Positions 47,171 through 59,300 of a stretch of DNA of 64,000 nucleotides are shown here, one piece after another. A program made the translations under genes and the position numbers. Below the pieces are notes generated by a model. It ran no database searches, had not been told where the DNA came from, and worked only from the letters and a program-made list of their open reading frames with translations. The number at the start of each line of letters is the position of its first letter. The first letter of the stretch is position 1. Origin of the DNA: Vicugna vicugna (lineage: Eukaryota); assembly GCA_013265495.1 (NCBI GenBank), contig MU057887.1, positions 1,747,985 through 1,811,984 on the forward strand, written 5' to 3'.

Positions 47171-48084
47171 CTGGGGTGTCTGGAGCACCCCCGGCTGACC
47201 CTGCCATGGGACCACAGGTCACAGGGGTGACAGTGCACAGTGGCACTGTTGCCTCTTGAGGCTGGACCCCAGGGCCCTCCTCAGGGGCCCCTGTGGGGAA
47301 CGGGGAGCCTGTGGCAGGAGAGCCCCGCGGCCGCACATTTAGGGAGCTTGTGACTCCGGGGCCCGCTGGCTCCGGGGCGGCCAGGGGTGCTCGGCCCGCG
47401 CCCTCTGCTCGCCCAGGGCTTGCTGAGCCTCGGCGGCCCCTCCCCGTCTTTGGGCCTCACGCACGTTCTCTCGAATTGCTTGTCTATGGAAAAGCAGCCG
47501 CCAGCGTAGCTTCTACTTATTGTAACGCTGGCAGGCCAGGCATGGTGGCCCTGGCTCCGGGCTCATGGGCCTCTATTCCCAGAGCCCAGGGCCTGCCCCT
47601 TGAGTGTCTCCCTGCAGCGGCCGGTGCCCCGGGTGCAGGGGTGGGTCTGGGGGCCGCACCCCCTCCCCGTGTCCCTGGCTGCACTTCATGCTTGAGGCCT
47701 GGTGGGCACAGGTGCCTGCAGGGCCCAGGATCCGTGACCCCGAGGCCCAGCCCCTCACCCGCAGGCCCTGGGACAGAAGCCACCTTTTTGTCTGAGCTCT
47801 TGACTCCCTCCCAGACCATGGGAGTCGGTATGCGTGTGCCCTGTTGCAGAGGGCGCTGGCCCCTGACACGCTGTCTGGGGTGGGCACTGGGGCTCCTGTC
47901 CCGCTGCGTCAGCCTCTCCCACGTGTCCTGCCTCCCATGCGTGGGGCGTGCCTGCACCAGAGGGGCCCTGCTGCAGAGGCGCCGCCCAGAGGGGTCCGCA
48001 CACGCAGGCCTCCTGAGGCGCGGGACGCTGACGTGCGGTTTCTGGGTTGTGGCTCTCCTTCACGAGGTGGTATTAGGGCGCCAG

Positions 48085-48500
48085 CCACATTGCCTCTGCG
48101 GTTCAGGGTCTTCTGTGGTTCCGGACACAATTTAGGTTTGTTTTCCTATTTCTGGGACAAACGCCCTTGGAACTTTGGTAGGGAACGCCTCGAGTCTGTG
48201 GCCCGCTTTGGGTGACCCGGACACTTCCACAGTGTTAGTTCTTGCAGCCTGTGAATGTGGAATGTCTTTCCATTGCTTTACGTCCTCTTCGATTCCATTC
48301 ATCAACAGTTTGTACTCTTGAGTACACAGAGCTTACGCTTCCTCGGTTAAATTTATTCCTATGCATTTTACTCTTTTTGATACAGCTGTAAATGGGATTG
48401 CTTTCTTAATTTCTTTCTCCAGTAGTTCGTTGTTAGCGTATAGAGATGCAGCTGATTTTTGTATATTGTTTTTCTTTAATCCTGTAACTTTACTGAATTT
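48085..48500 (-). mobile_element. L1 ORF2 (reverse-transcriptase-proximal) fragment, antisense
   Basis: Minus ORF 48333-48524 gives KFSKVTG..NIQKSAASLYANNELLEKEIKKAIPFTAVSKRVKCIGINLT, like L1 ORF2 EFSKV..KINxQKS..FLYTNNE..EKEIKK.IPFT. Confidence 0.9.
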
Positions 48501-48696
48501 ACCCAAAGGAAATGAAATCATCATCGCTGAGAGAGACCTGCACCCTCATGTCTATGGCAGCATGATTCGCAGCAGCCAAGATACAGGGCCACCTAGGTGT
48601 CCATCGATGGATGGCAGGATGAAGACATCGGGTGGGGTGTGTGTACACATCCACAGAGGATAAAATTACATTTGGCCTTTAAAGGAGGGAAGTCCA
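48501..48696 (+). mobile_element. L1 ORF2 C-terminal fragment, sense, abutting the antisense fragment
   Basis: acccaaaggaaatgaaatca...ctgcaccctcatgt...gcagca...agccaagata...cctaggtgtccatcgatggatg. Confidence 0.85.
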
Positions 48697-48849
48697 TGGG
48701 CGTGGCCGGGATGGCTTAGGGAAGGTCAGGGGAGAGGAGGAGGTGCGGCCGGAGGGAGGGGCGCCCCCCAGGCAGGAGAGGACCGTCCGGAGCTCGGAGC
48801 CGGGGAGGGAGGCTCCTGAGAGGCAGAAGGTCCGAGGGTGACGGGAACA

Positions 48850-49000
48850 CCCAGGAGTGGCCTCTGGCCTCGTGGGTTCTCAGCGCTTGAGAAACATGAT
48901 TAGTGTGACTGAAGAACTGCATTTTACATTTCATCTTCCTTCACTTGGGTGTAAACTGAATAGGCCCCCAGGGAGTGGCTGCCCGTGGTGGGTGCAGTTG
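48850..49000. mobile_element. MER3-like hAT-Charlie MITE fragment
   Basis: cagcgcttgagaaacatgattagtgtgactgaagaactgcattttacattt...aatagg...gtggctgcccgtgg resembles MER3 (GAGCACTTGAAATGTGGCTAGTGCGACTGAGGAACTGAATTTT). Confidence 0.6.
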
Positions 49001-51806
49001 TGCGAGGGGCTGGTGGAGTCAGTGGGGCAGGGACTTCAGCTGGCTCTGAGCTGACCACAAGGAGATGGACTGGCTGGAGGCCCCCCGCCGAGGGTAGGGG
49101 CCTGGGAGGGCGGCCGCGCAGTGGAAGACCCTGAGCTGGCTGGTGGTGGTGGGAGGGGTGCAGATCCCGGGAGGTGGCGGAGGATGCTGCCGGCCTGTCC
49201 CTCTGTCCCCGGGGCCCTGTGAGGCTGACCCAGAAGTGACTGTGCCCCTGGGATGCATCTTGGAGTGAGAAGGAATGTCAGCACTTTCTGAAAGGAAACG
49301 TCAGGGCCAGGGCCTGAGAGTGGTGGCGTCTTCTCTGAATTCTAGAACTTCCTTCCCGGAAACACCTGCGCTCTGACTGAGGTCTTACCTTCCCTGGGTG
49401 ACACTTGGGGCGTGAGCCTGGGGAGTCGGGCCCCTGGGTCGTGGGAGGGGGTGTCACAGCCTTGCGTCCACGTGGAGGTGACTGCGCGTGTGGCTGTGTG
49501 ATGACAGAGGACGGGGAGGACGCCGGCGGTGCTGAGGGCCCCTCGGAGGGCACGTTTCCCAGAGGCTAGTGATTGTGTCTCAAGGCGAGGGAAGACTTCC
49601 TTTGGCCAGGTGAGTGTCACACGGTGACGTCATTGGCTTTGGGTATTTGTTAAATTCCTTCCTAGTGGCGTCCACAGGTCGCTTGAATCCTAAGTAAGAC
49701 ACTGGCGCTGCCCACATCCCCGAGTGCATCCTTAGGGCTGGCTGTGAGCGCGGGAGGCCAAGTGCGGACAGCGCTCTGGGGTGTGGCTTTGGATCTGCTC
49801 GTTCAGTCACCGTGCCCTCTCGGGCGACCCCTTGGGGCAGGGCCGTCTCCCGGAGGCTCACGACAGGCTTGCTGGTACCCGGGCCTTTGGCCCCAAGGCC
49901 TCGGTGCACGCGCTTTTGGAGGCACATGGCTTGAGGGCATTTTGTGCTAGTGAAGCTCCGAATCGCCGACTTGCTCCAGACGGAGCAGAGTACACTGTCT
50001 GTGAGCTGTTGGAATCTCCATCCCATCCCAGTGCTGCCCTCAGAGCCTCAGGTGAGCCCCGTTCCTGAAGCTCAGCCCCTGGGGTCGCTGTGCAGGTGGG
50101 AGGAGGTGTTTCTGATGCAGAGGTTGGCCCACGGTTCTGTGAAGGGCCAGGTGGGCCTTGTTCGGGGGCTGGGGGCTGGGGGCTGTGTGGGCTGTTGCAG
50201 TCGGGCTGTGCAGTGGCCCAGGAGTGCGTGGCATGGGCCTGTGCCAGGGGACTTCACGGGGAGGCGGGTGCTTGCCTGCTCTGAAGCTAGAAGGTGCCCA
50301 GCACACTGTGGGTGCTAGAAAGGAGCACCATTTTTCCCTCACCGCATCTCAGCTGCAGAGCTGTCCAGACTCTGGGTCCTACTGCTGGGCTCTCGCTGCT
50401 ACCAGCCAGGCGTTGCAGAAATTGGATCTGGGATCTCGGAGCCCTGGTGACTTGCCCAAGCCCCTCCCTCCACGTGGTCTTACATTATTTATGTGCCTGT
50501 GAGCCTGGGACTTGTGGTTCTCTGACTCCCATGTGGCAGGATCTGAGGGAAGCCCCTGCTGGCCATGGGCTGAGCCCGCGAGAGGCCCTGAGCCAGGAGA
50601 CCCAGCCGAACCCAGGTCTGACCTGCGGGAACAGCAAGAGAAGGGACGCCTGCCCTGCTCTGTTTGACCTTGGTTACACGGCGAGAGGAAATGAATACGC
50701 AGAGTCTTGGTGTCAGTAGCGCAGACTGGAGACCGGGAGCGGGTAGGAAGACGCCCGGGAGCCCCGGGAGGGCCAGGAGCTGCGGCCCGGCCCGAGGCGC
50801 CCTCCGGAGACGCGTGGGCAGGAGGCGCGCTGGCAGGAGGTGCGAGGTGGCTGCCGTCAGTGACAGCGGGAGGCAGACACAGCCCTCGCCTGGGCCCTCG
50901 CTCGTCGCAGACCTGCCCGTGGCGTCCAGCACAGCGTGGGCACCACTGACGCTTTTAAAGGGAAAAGATTTGTTTTGCAAAGATTGAGGGGGTGGGTGCA
51001 TCTTCCCAGAAACAGTTTCGAATTTGGAGCTCAGCCTGTCAGTCCATGGAATTGCAGTGAAGCTCTGACTGGAAATGCAGGGTGGCTCTACTAACAGTTT
51101 TCTGAGCCCAAAGGGGGCGTACCTTCTGATGTTGTATGTGCCTCTGTCTTTACTTCTGTCCACCCATCTGCTCCTCCATCCGTCCACCCACCAGGTACAA
51201 TCGGAACCCTGGTCTGGACAACGGCAACAAAGCCTCGGGCCTCCACTGCGACTCCTGAGGCACCCGCCCCCTGGGTGTCTGCAGCCTGGGGTGGGGGCAC
51301 CGCGGGACGTCAGTTCAGCCCAGGCAGGAAGCGCTGTGATGGACGTGACGAAGGAGGGAGGGGACTGGGGGCACCGCACCTGCCCAGGGGTGCTGAGGCT
51401 TCCCTGGGGCACGTCTCAGCTGGACCTTGAGGGTCAGGAGGGTGATGGGGATTCAGCTCTGTGAGGGCAGGGCCTTGCACCGAGGGCGGGACCCAGAGCC
51501 CTACTCCAGGAGTGCTTGCAGTGCGAAGTGGGGCGGCCTCCCTGGAGGAGAGGGTGTGTTCCAGGGCTGGAGGAGTCGGGTGGGCATGGCCTGCGCCGTG
51601 GAGGCTGAGCTGGGTGCGGCTGTACCGGGGCTGTTTGGGAGCCGTGGCGGCACAGGACCTGCTCAGCTCAGCGGGGCCGTGGGGGGGTCAGGCCCACGGT
51701 CTCTTCCATGGGGGTGGACCAGCTCTGTTCATGTTGGTGCTTTCACTCCTGCAAACCTTTGTTTCCTGCCTGTAAAGGAAACAGCGCTGTTCTTGTGGCC
51801 ACACTG

Positions 51807-51868
51807 CCAGCCCCACCTGTGAGGGTCACCTGCTGCTGTACCGGCGTCTCCAGCCCCACCTGTGAGGG
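51807..51868. repeat. 19-bp direct repeat
   Basis: ccagccccacctgtgaggg at 51807-51825 and 51850-51868. Confidence 0.85.
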
Positions 51869-53433
51869 GGCCCGTGGCTGCAGTCACGCCTGCCTCCAGG
51901 CCCAGGTGAAGGTCAGGGGGTGGGTGGTGTTGGTGCCAGGCCTTCAGCCCTCAGTCAGCCCCACTGCTCAACCCGGCTCTGTCTCCTAGTCGTGTGTGAC
52001 TTAGCGATGGGGGAGCATTTAAACTGTGTGCAGGGATCCATCCTCTATCCTGCGGTCTTGCATTTCCCAGGGTCATGGGGACCTGCTCTCCGGCTCTGGA
52101 AGGTGGTCGTGGGCCATCAGACTGCCCAGTACCTGCAGAGTGTCTGTCGCTGTGCCTGGGTGGGGAGCACCCAGTGTGTGCCAGAGCCGCGTGGTTCTCT
52201 GGAACCTTCCAGGGCACCACAGGCGCCTGACTCACCCTCAGTGAACCAGGTGGTGGGGAAGCTGATGGATTGGGTTAATCTAATAAAACTGGAGAAGCAG
52301 ATCTCCTTACAACATACTTTTTCATAAGCCTATTAAGATTTGAGGTCGTTAGCTTTTCATGTCGGCCCTCCTACAGGAGGCAGGCATAGATCACTGTCAG
52401 CTGGGGAAGGATTTAGAAATGAGAATATTCAGCAAGACTGTGCTCCCTGCTGATAAGTTTGCAGGGAGGAGCCGGGAGGGGGTGTGCCCACCCTTGCAGG
52501 GTGGCAATAAAGACAGTGGCCTGGGGATTTAGAGGCAGTATTTAGAGGAGTATCTAGGATGTCCTTCGTGACTCTAGGACTTTCTTTCTTCATGTTTTAA
52601 TAAGATTGGGTTTTGCCAGAGCTTTCTCGGGGCTTGGGGACTGGGGGAAGATTTCTTCCCTCCGCAGGCCTGGTTCACACCGGCACGGCTGGCCTGGTGT
52701 CCAGGGCCCGGAGGTTTGGTCCGGGCACTTTCTGGGACTGGAATCACCTGCAGGTGGGACACCTGTCAGCTTCCACTCGGGTGCCGCTTCGGGCAGGCCT
52801 CTGTTCTTTTGCGGGTGAAATTCCGAGTTGTCGTCAGAACAAGAAAAGTAATGTTCTCACATCGTGGTCTCTGATTTTAATTTTATAAAGATGGAAATCT
52901 TCATTATTTCTGAAAAGTCATTTGCTGAGCGACTGTAACCTGCGTCGGCCAAGCAGCAGGCCACGCAGGCAGCCGCTGGTCCGCGGCCGGATGGACGCGG
53001 CGGGACGGCAGGCAGCTGGGTCTCACGGATGCGGATGCCTCTGCTGAGCCGTCGGTGCAGGCGGGAGGGCGAAGGGGCTCCCCGATCGCCCGGTGCCCAG
53101 CCCGCTCCCGGCAGGGGCTGCCCAGAGGCCAGGGACGCCGCCGCCCTAATCCGCAGTCTGAATGAGCTCCTTATCTGTCCTCGCTCTGAAGTAGACAGGG
53201 ATTCCTAGCTAATTCTGGAGCTGAATTTAATGGCAAGGAAGTCTTCTAAGAAGTGATAAAAGTTCTTTTCTAACAGTGAGAGCGCGCGCCCCACGGCCCT
53301 GTTGTTACCTGGCAGGCGGGCTTTCCGCTGCGTCCTCCCTTGCAGGCCGCTGGCCCCGCGTCCCTGGTCTCTGCTGTGCGCCGGGCGGAGGCGGGGAGGC
53401 AGGGCCCCTGGGATGTGCGCTCGGGAGGCCGCT

Positions 53434-53457
53434 CCGTGTGCCGTGTGCCGTGTGCCG
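53434..53457. repeat. (CCGTGTG)3 tandem repeat
   Basis: ccgtgtg x3 plus ccg read directly. Confidence 0.8.
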
Positions 53458-54551
53458 GCAGCTGGTGCAGGACGTGGAGCTGGTAAAACACGCTGGGTGG
53501 CGGGTTAGCGTCCCCGAGCGAGTGCAGCTCCGGGTGGCGGCCCTGGAAGGCTGTGAGGAGGGGCTCTCCCGCCCCCTGGGCACCAGGTGGCAGTGCGGGT
53601 GTGGGGTCCCGCGGCCCTGCCTTGCTTAGGCCGTGCCTTCTTCCTGCTGCAAAATCTCCCGTATGTTCACTGGCCCCGGCAGGACCTCCGTTCAGCAGCC
53701 TGGACTTGCCCCCATCTGGAGGCCAAGGGGGCTGGCCTCTCCCCTGGGCCGCCTGGGCTGGACTTGACTGTGGAAGTGGGTTGAGGGCAACGGGAAGGAC
53801 TTGGCTGCCTGTCCCTTAAATGCAGGCCAGACTGCTGTCAGCCTGGAGGATGAAGGAAAGAACGGAGACCAGCGAAGAGGGTCTCTGCTCCTTGGACAGG
53901 GTGTTTCATCGGAGCCGGCTCCCCATGGCGGCCGAGAAAGGAGGCCCAGGGTGGGGCCTGCCGCTCCTTGGTGTGAGGGTGCTTTGTGGCGAGCACTTCC
54001 TGGGGTCAGCTGGGCCCTGGCATGTTGCTCTGGAAAGGACAGATTTCATCGTTGTCAGGAGGGGTGGGGGCATTGGCTCCAGGTGTGGCACGGCCCCCGT
54101 GCTTCCTAGGTGGGTGTGGGGTGGCAGGACCAGCGAGGGGCGGGAGCTGGGCCTGGTATGTTCTGCAGTGTGTCCACTGACTCTGTCTCGCCCTCTGCCC
54201 CTGGTTACCCAGGCAGAGGGCAAAGGGCAAAGGGCAAGGTGGACGTGGCGTCTGAGACAGGAGTGATGGCCGCTGCCAGTGTGAGGGCTGGGGACAGGCA
54301 GAGTCACGTAGGCACCAGGACACTACCCTCCACCCCCTCAGACCCTGCTCGGGCCCCGAAGCCACGCCCCTGCGGACCCACACGCAGGGACTTGAGTGGG
54401 GAGTGCTCCGGCCCCGCCTGCCTCCTCGCCCTGGGAGTGCCTGAGGAGGGTGGCATGGGGGCTGTCTGATTTACTGACCCCAGGGCCTGGTGGCACCTGC
54501 TGCCCCTCAGTCAGGGGCCGTGCTGAGGGGGGCGCATCGCTGCCATCGGTG

Positions 54552-54622
54552 CAGGGCACTCCTCCCGACCTGCCCTGGGTCTATACAGGGCGCTCCTCCT
54601 GACCACCTGCCCTGGGTTTATA
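54552..54622. repeat. Imperfect tandem duplication of 34 and 37 bp
   Basis: cagggcactcctcccgacctgccctgggtctata followed by cagggcgctcctcctgaccacctgccctgggtttata. Confidence 0.85.
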
Positions 54623-55680
54623 CACATTCCTTTAAGGCTCTGGCATTGCCTGGTGATTACCTTGATGTTTATGTTTTCTGGAAGAAATCCAGCACATAAA
54701 GTTACCTAAGAACTGCTTTCAAGAGCTTGGCCTGTGTTTCCCATGTGTGGGGAGTGTTCTCAAGGTTTCCAGTCCAACTTTCTGTGACCTTCTGTTAGTG
54801 ACCGCGAGGAGAGGCAGTGCTCTGCCTGGGGCCCTGGGGGTCACTCTGTGTGGCCGGCAGTCTCGCTCCTTCCTGGGCCCTGGGGTCAGGCTTCGTGATG
54901 TTGGACGCCGACCTGGGCCAGCCATTGGCTGCCTCCCTGTGTGAGTCCCGAGATTTCCACACATTCACCTCCCAGCTCCTCTGCAGGCTTCTTCCCACGT
55001 GAGTGCTGAGCTCGGAACAGCTCCCCGGGAGAGGCGGGCCTCACCTGGGCTCACCCAAGGTTGTCCAGGCGGCCTTGGCCGGTGCCAGTTGGTTTGCCTA
55101 AATGAACCTGCAGACCGTGATGGAATTCCCGACAGGCCTCCTTCACTGCTTGTTCTCTAAAATTTCATGTTTTCTTATTTCACCTGAGAGTGTGTTGTGG
55201 AAACTGTGGAGAAAGGAAAACCCTCCCCCTCGGGTAGCTCCAGCCCGACACCGAGAGCTGCTGGGCTCGCGGCAGGGCTCCTCTCTGCCCCTGCCCAGGG
55301 ATGCTTTAAACGTGGTGATCACGCGTGAGGCGCAGGCGCACTCCTGCGCGTGCCGTGCTCCCCGTCCGACGTCTCCACCCCCGTGGCTCCCAGCCTTTGT
55401 AGCTGGCGCTTCAGGTGGGCGCGCAGTGAGTGTCCTGCCCTGTGGATGTATTACTGTCTGCTTAAGGGTGGTGGGCCGTCTGCAGGGCCCTTGTGACCGT
55501 GATGTGATTTCTGCTTTAAGCTATTTCTGTGTTAATAGTCCCTGAAGACAGATTCGGGGTGGATGGGCATGGCGTGTCCAGGGTCCCTGATGCCAGTTGC
55601 TTTGTGGAGCGTCACGTGTAGGTTGCGGCCAGCGGCATGGTCTTCAGCCTTGTGAGAATCGGGCATTTTAATTAACGTCA

Positions 55681-56390
55681 TTTTTCTTTTCTTTTTAATA
55701 ATTGAAGTCTAGTCAGTTCACAACATTGTGTCCATTTCTGGTGCACAGTGTGATGTTTCCGTCGTGGATGTACATACGTACATGTTCCTTTTCATGTTCT
55801 TTTTCATCATAGGTCGCTGCAAGGTATTGAATATAGTTCCCTGTGCTCTGCGGTAGAAACTTGTTGTTTATCTATTTTATATACAGTAGTTAGTATCTGC
55901 AAATCCTGAAATCTCAATTTACCCCTTTCCCGCCCCCTTCCCTGGAAACCAGAAGTCTGTTCTCTAAGTCTGTGCGTCTGTTTCTGTTTTGTAAACAAGT
56001 CCATTTGTGTCATTTTGTTTTAGGTTCCACATGACTGACATCACACGGTGTTTGTCTTTGACTTACTTCGCTTAGCATGATCATCTCTAGGTCCATCCAT
56101 NNNNNNNNNNNNNNNNNNNNNNNNNNNNNNNNNNNNNNNNNNNNNNNNNNNNNNNNNNNNNNNNNNNNNNNNNNNNNNNNNNNNNNNNNNNNNNNNNNNN
56201 NNNNNNNNNNNNNNNNNNNNNNNNNNNNNNNNNNNNNNNNNNNNNNNNNNNNNNNNNNNNNNNNNTCTTTCAGAATGAGAGTTCCCTCCGGATGTGTGCC
56301 CAGGAGCGGGACTGCTCGATCACACGGTAACTCTGTTTTTGGCTTTTTAGGGAATGTCCACATTGCTTTCCGTAATGGCTGCACCAGCTG
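55681..56390 (-). mobile_element. 5'-truncated, relatively young L1 (poly(A), 3' UTR and ORF2 end), cetartiodactyl/camelid type
   Basis: T-rich tail at 55681, then attgaagtctagtcag...atatagttccctgtgct. Minus ORF 56010-56393 gives LVQPLRKAMWTFPKKPKTELPCDRAVPLLG...WMDLEMIMLSEVSQ, the L1 ORF2 C-terminus. Confidence 0.93.
56101..56265. other. Assembly gap (165 N) inside the L1
   Basis: Run of N, with L1 sequence on both sides. Confidence 1.
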
Positions 56391-59300
56391 CAATGTTGCT
56401 TTTCTTTTGCCTGAGCACTGGCGGTAACCTCTTGATTCTGTTTCTGTATCTGTGGTTACTGTTAGATTTCTGAAGTTCGGATGTATCTAGCAGCTTGCTG
56501 TGCTGCATTTCAAGGTAACCTTTTTCTTCACCCATAGTTCCTTGGTGGACATGTTTAAACTCCAGGGGATCCGCTGGTTGTACCCACTGCTGCAGCCAGT
56601 GTTCGTCTGGACCCTGGGCTGTGACCTGCAGGGTCCCAGGTGCTGAGCTGTACCTGCAGGAAGGCACGAGGGTCAGGGAGCTATGGTCTGTCTAAAACCC
56701 AAAATAGTCCTAGGAGACGGTTCCTAAGGGCAGGGAGGGACACAGAAGGGTTTGGAGCCAGGGAGAGGGCGCTCGGGGGAAGGGTGGCTCAGGAAGTGCT
56801 CTGTGGGGGAGGAGGCATTTGGGTGGGACTAGAGGACCAGGCTGGAGGGGTGACATGCAGGGCGAGGGGGGAGGTGGCGGGACAGCTGGGAGGAGCTGTG
56901 GTCTGTCTGAGTGTCTGCCTGTGGGCAGGCACTGCTCTTGGGAAGGCTGGGGGTCCCTGTGGTGACTTCTCCTCCTCTGGGGGCTGGGGATTGTTGCAAA
57001 AGGATGGGGGAGGGGCAGCAGAGAGGGGTTCCCATCTTGGCCTCAGCAGAAAATTCCAGTACTCTTGATGGTCTGTGAATACATAAGCCTTGCATTTTCC
57101 AGACTAGAGCAGGTTCTCGTACAGTCATATTTTATCAGGGAAGGTGCGTGGTTATGTGTAATTAAATGACTTTATTTTTAAATCTTTATAAGATTTTTCA
57201 TATTCTCAGATGTGCACTTTTGGAAAATACCCTTCCAGGCCTTAGGAGCTTGTTTCGGTCCGAGGACCGTGGTCCTGAGCCTGCACCGTGGCTCCCCTGG
57301 GACCTGTGCTCGCCCGGTGCTGTGCTCCCTGCCCGGAGCCACCTCCCGGGGGGCCTCTTTCACTGGAGCTGGAATCCAGGGTGCTGTGCAGCTCAGAAGC
57401 TCCCCATCTGATGGAGTACCGCTGGGCAGCCTGTGCCGGGTCCCTGCGCTGGGCTGTGCGGGGCTCTGGTGGAGGGGACCCTGTGTCCTGAGGGGGGAGG
57501 GTGAGATGGTGCAGGCGGGTGCGGGCACCTCGGGGGCACCTCTCCTTCCTACCCCTTCCTCTCCTGCTTCTTCTCTGCTCCTCTTTTATTCTTATAGACA
57601 TAGGGCAGTGTCCCGCTTTACCTTGTGCTCAGGAGCCAGGTTTTCCTCTACGGTACTGTCCTGGCCGCCTGCGATTTCAGTCTCAGGCTTGCAGACCGTC
57701 CCTAGGCTGCGGGGGCCGAGGGCAGCGCTCACTGGGCGACACGGCCTCCGGAGGCCGGGAGCATGAGCGGGCAGCACAGGGCGGTGCCCGTCAGCGCTTG
57801 GAAGACTCGCTGGCCCCGCCGCGCCCCTGACACCGAGCAGTGCCTCGAAAGGTCCGTGAGTCACTTTGCCGCACGCACCTCCACAGCCCCGCTGAGACCG
57901 TCACAGGTGCCCCGGGAGCTGAGTTTGGAGGGACCGTGGGACGCTTCTAACCTGGTCGCTTGTCCTTGCGAATGCTTATTTAGACCAGCCTGCATTTGTT
58001 TTGAAGACTGGAGTCCACCAGGTAATATCAAATCATTTACGGGCCCAGAGGTCCAGCTGGTGATTCTGCCACGCTCTCCCAGTTAGGGCACTGTTCCCAG
58101 TAAAGGAGACCACCTCCCTTCCCAGTCTGGAAGCCAGAGATGGGAGCCATCCATTCCCCACCCTTGTCACCTGTCACCAAGCCCCCTCTCCAGACCCTTC
58201 TCCCGTCCAGCCGCCGTCAGGTCTCCTGATTGGTTGTCTTGCTGCTGCCCTGCCCTGGGTGGCTGGCTCTGGAGGACATGGGTCCGGCTGGCTGTGCCCT
58301 TATTGACCCCTGGCGGGAGCCTGGGGGCATGTCCCCCCCACCCCAGGCGATGGACAGATCGCCCTGTGGCCCCAGGCCCCGCCTGGCCCGGCCGTTCCCC
58401 TCTCCAGCCTTAACCTCCTTGAAGAGCCGCTCCTGGGTGTCACCGTGCCTTGGGAGCGCCGCTGCGGCCCGCCAGCCCACTTTCTGCCTCGTCATCAGCC
58501 CAGTTACTGGGCGTCCGGTTGTCGGGCGTGTTCTGTGCCCCCGTCGGCTCCGTTTATCACTGGGCCTGCAGCGGGGGCCCCTCCACCTGCACTGGGGCCC
58601 AGCCACCTTCTGAGGTGGAGTTTCTGCATGTCTTCGCCCCCACAGTGCCCCCTGGTCACCCAGGCGTGGCCGACAGGGTGAAACCCAGCCCGAGTTCTTC
58701 CCTGCAGGGGTTCAGGGAGCCTGTGATGCGCTCATACTGGTCGACTCTCCAGGCTGGGGTCACCACAGGGCCAGGCTGGCGCAGCCTCCTTCAGCTGCCC
58801 TGTGTCCCCCGGGTCCCAGCTGCCTGGTAGGAGGCCCTGCTGATGCTTCCTGTGCCGTGTGGGGTGCGTGTGCAGGGACAGGCAGGCGTGTGGGGTTCTG
58901 CTTCACGTCTGAGAGCCGGTGTCCCAGGGCCTGCTGCCTGCGGGCCTGCGGGTGTGTGCGCATTTAGCCTGACAGCATTGAAGGGCGACGTCAGGCTAAT
59001 AGGGACAAGGACTTTCCGTTAGGCCATCAGTCTGACATTGGCAAACTTGAGTTTCTTCCTTTCAGTGTATGAACTTGCCCCAGTGGCCGGGACCCTTCCG
59101 GTCCAGACCCACACCCCTGTTTTGAGCACCCGGTGTTTGCCAGGTGTCATGTCCAGCACTGGCCCCAAGGAGCCTGGGAGCCCCGAACCCCCAGCCTTGG
59201 GCCGGAAGGTGTCGGGCAGCCTGCACAGGGAGCGGGCGCGGCCTCTGAAGGGCACGTCTGCACCAGCCCGGCCACAGGGCGAGATGCTGCGCACAGAGAA

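Noticed and set aside
49331-49361. Pair of GAS-like sites or a heat-shock element (TTCTCTGAA, TTCCCGGAA, TTCTAGAA)
   Set aside because: The spacing does not give a proper nGAAn array, and two isolated GAS matches are expected by chance in 64 kb.
49596-49616. Recursive splice site (cttcctttggccag|gtgagt)
   Set aside because: The donor is perfect, but the pyrimidine tract is short and there is no branch point. It is probably a chance match.
56010-56427. ORFs spanning the N gap, or hidden content in the gap
   Set aside because: The ORFs are artefacts of translating N as X. The 165-nt gap is about the length of L1 sequence expected between the two flanks (by recall), so an extra insert is unlikely.
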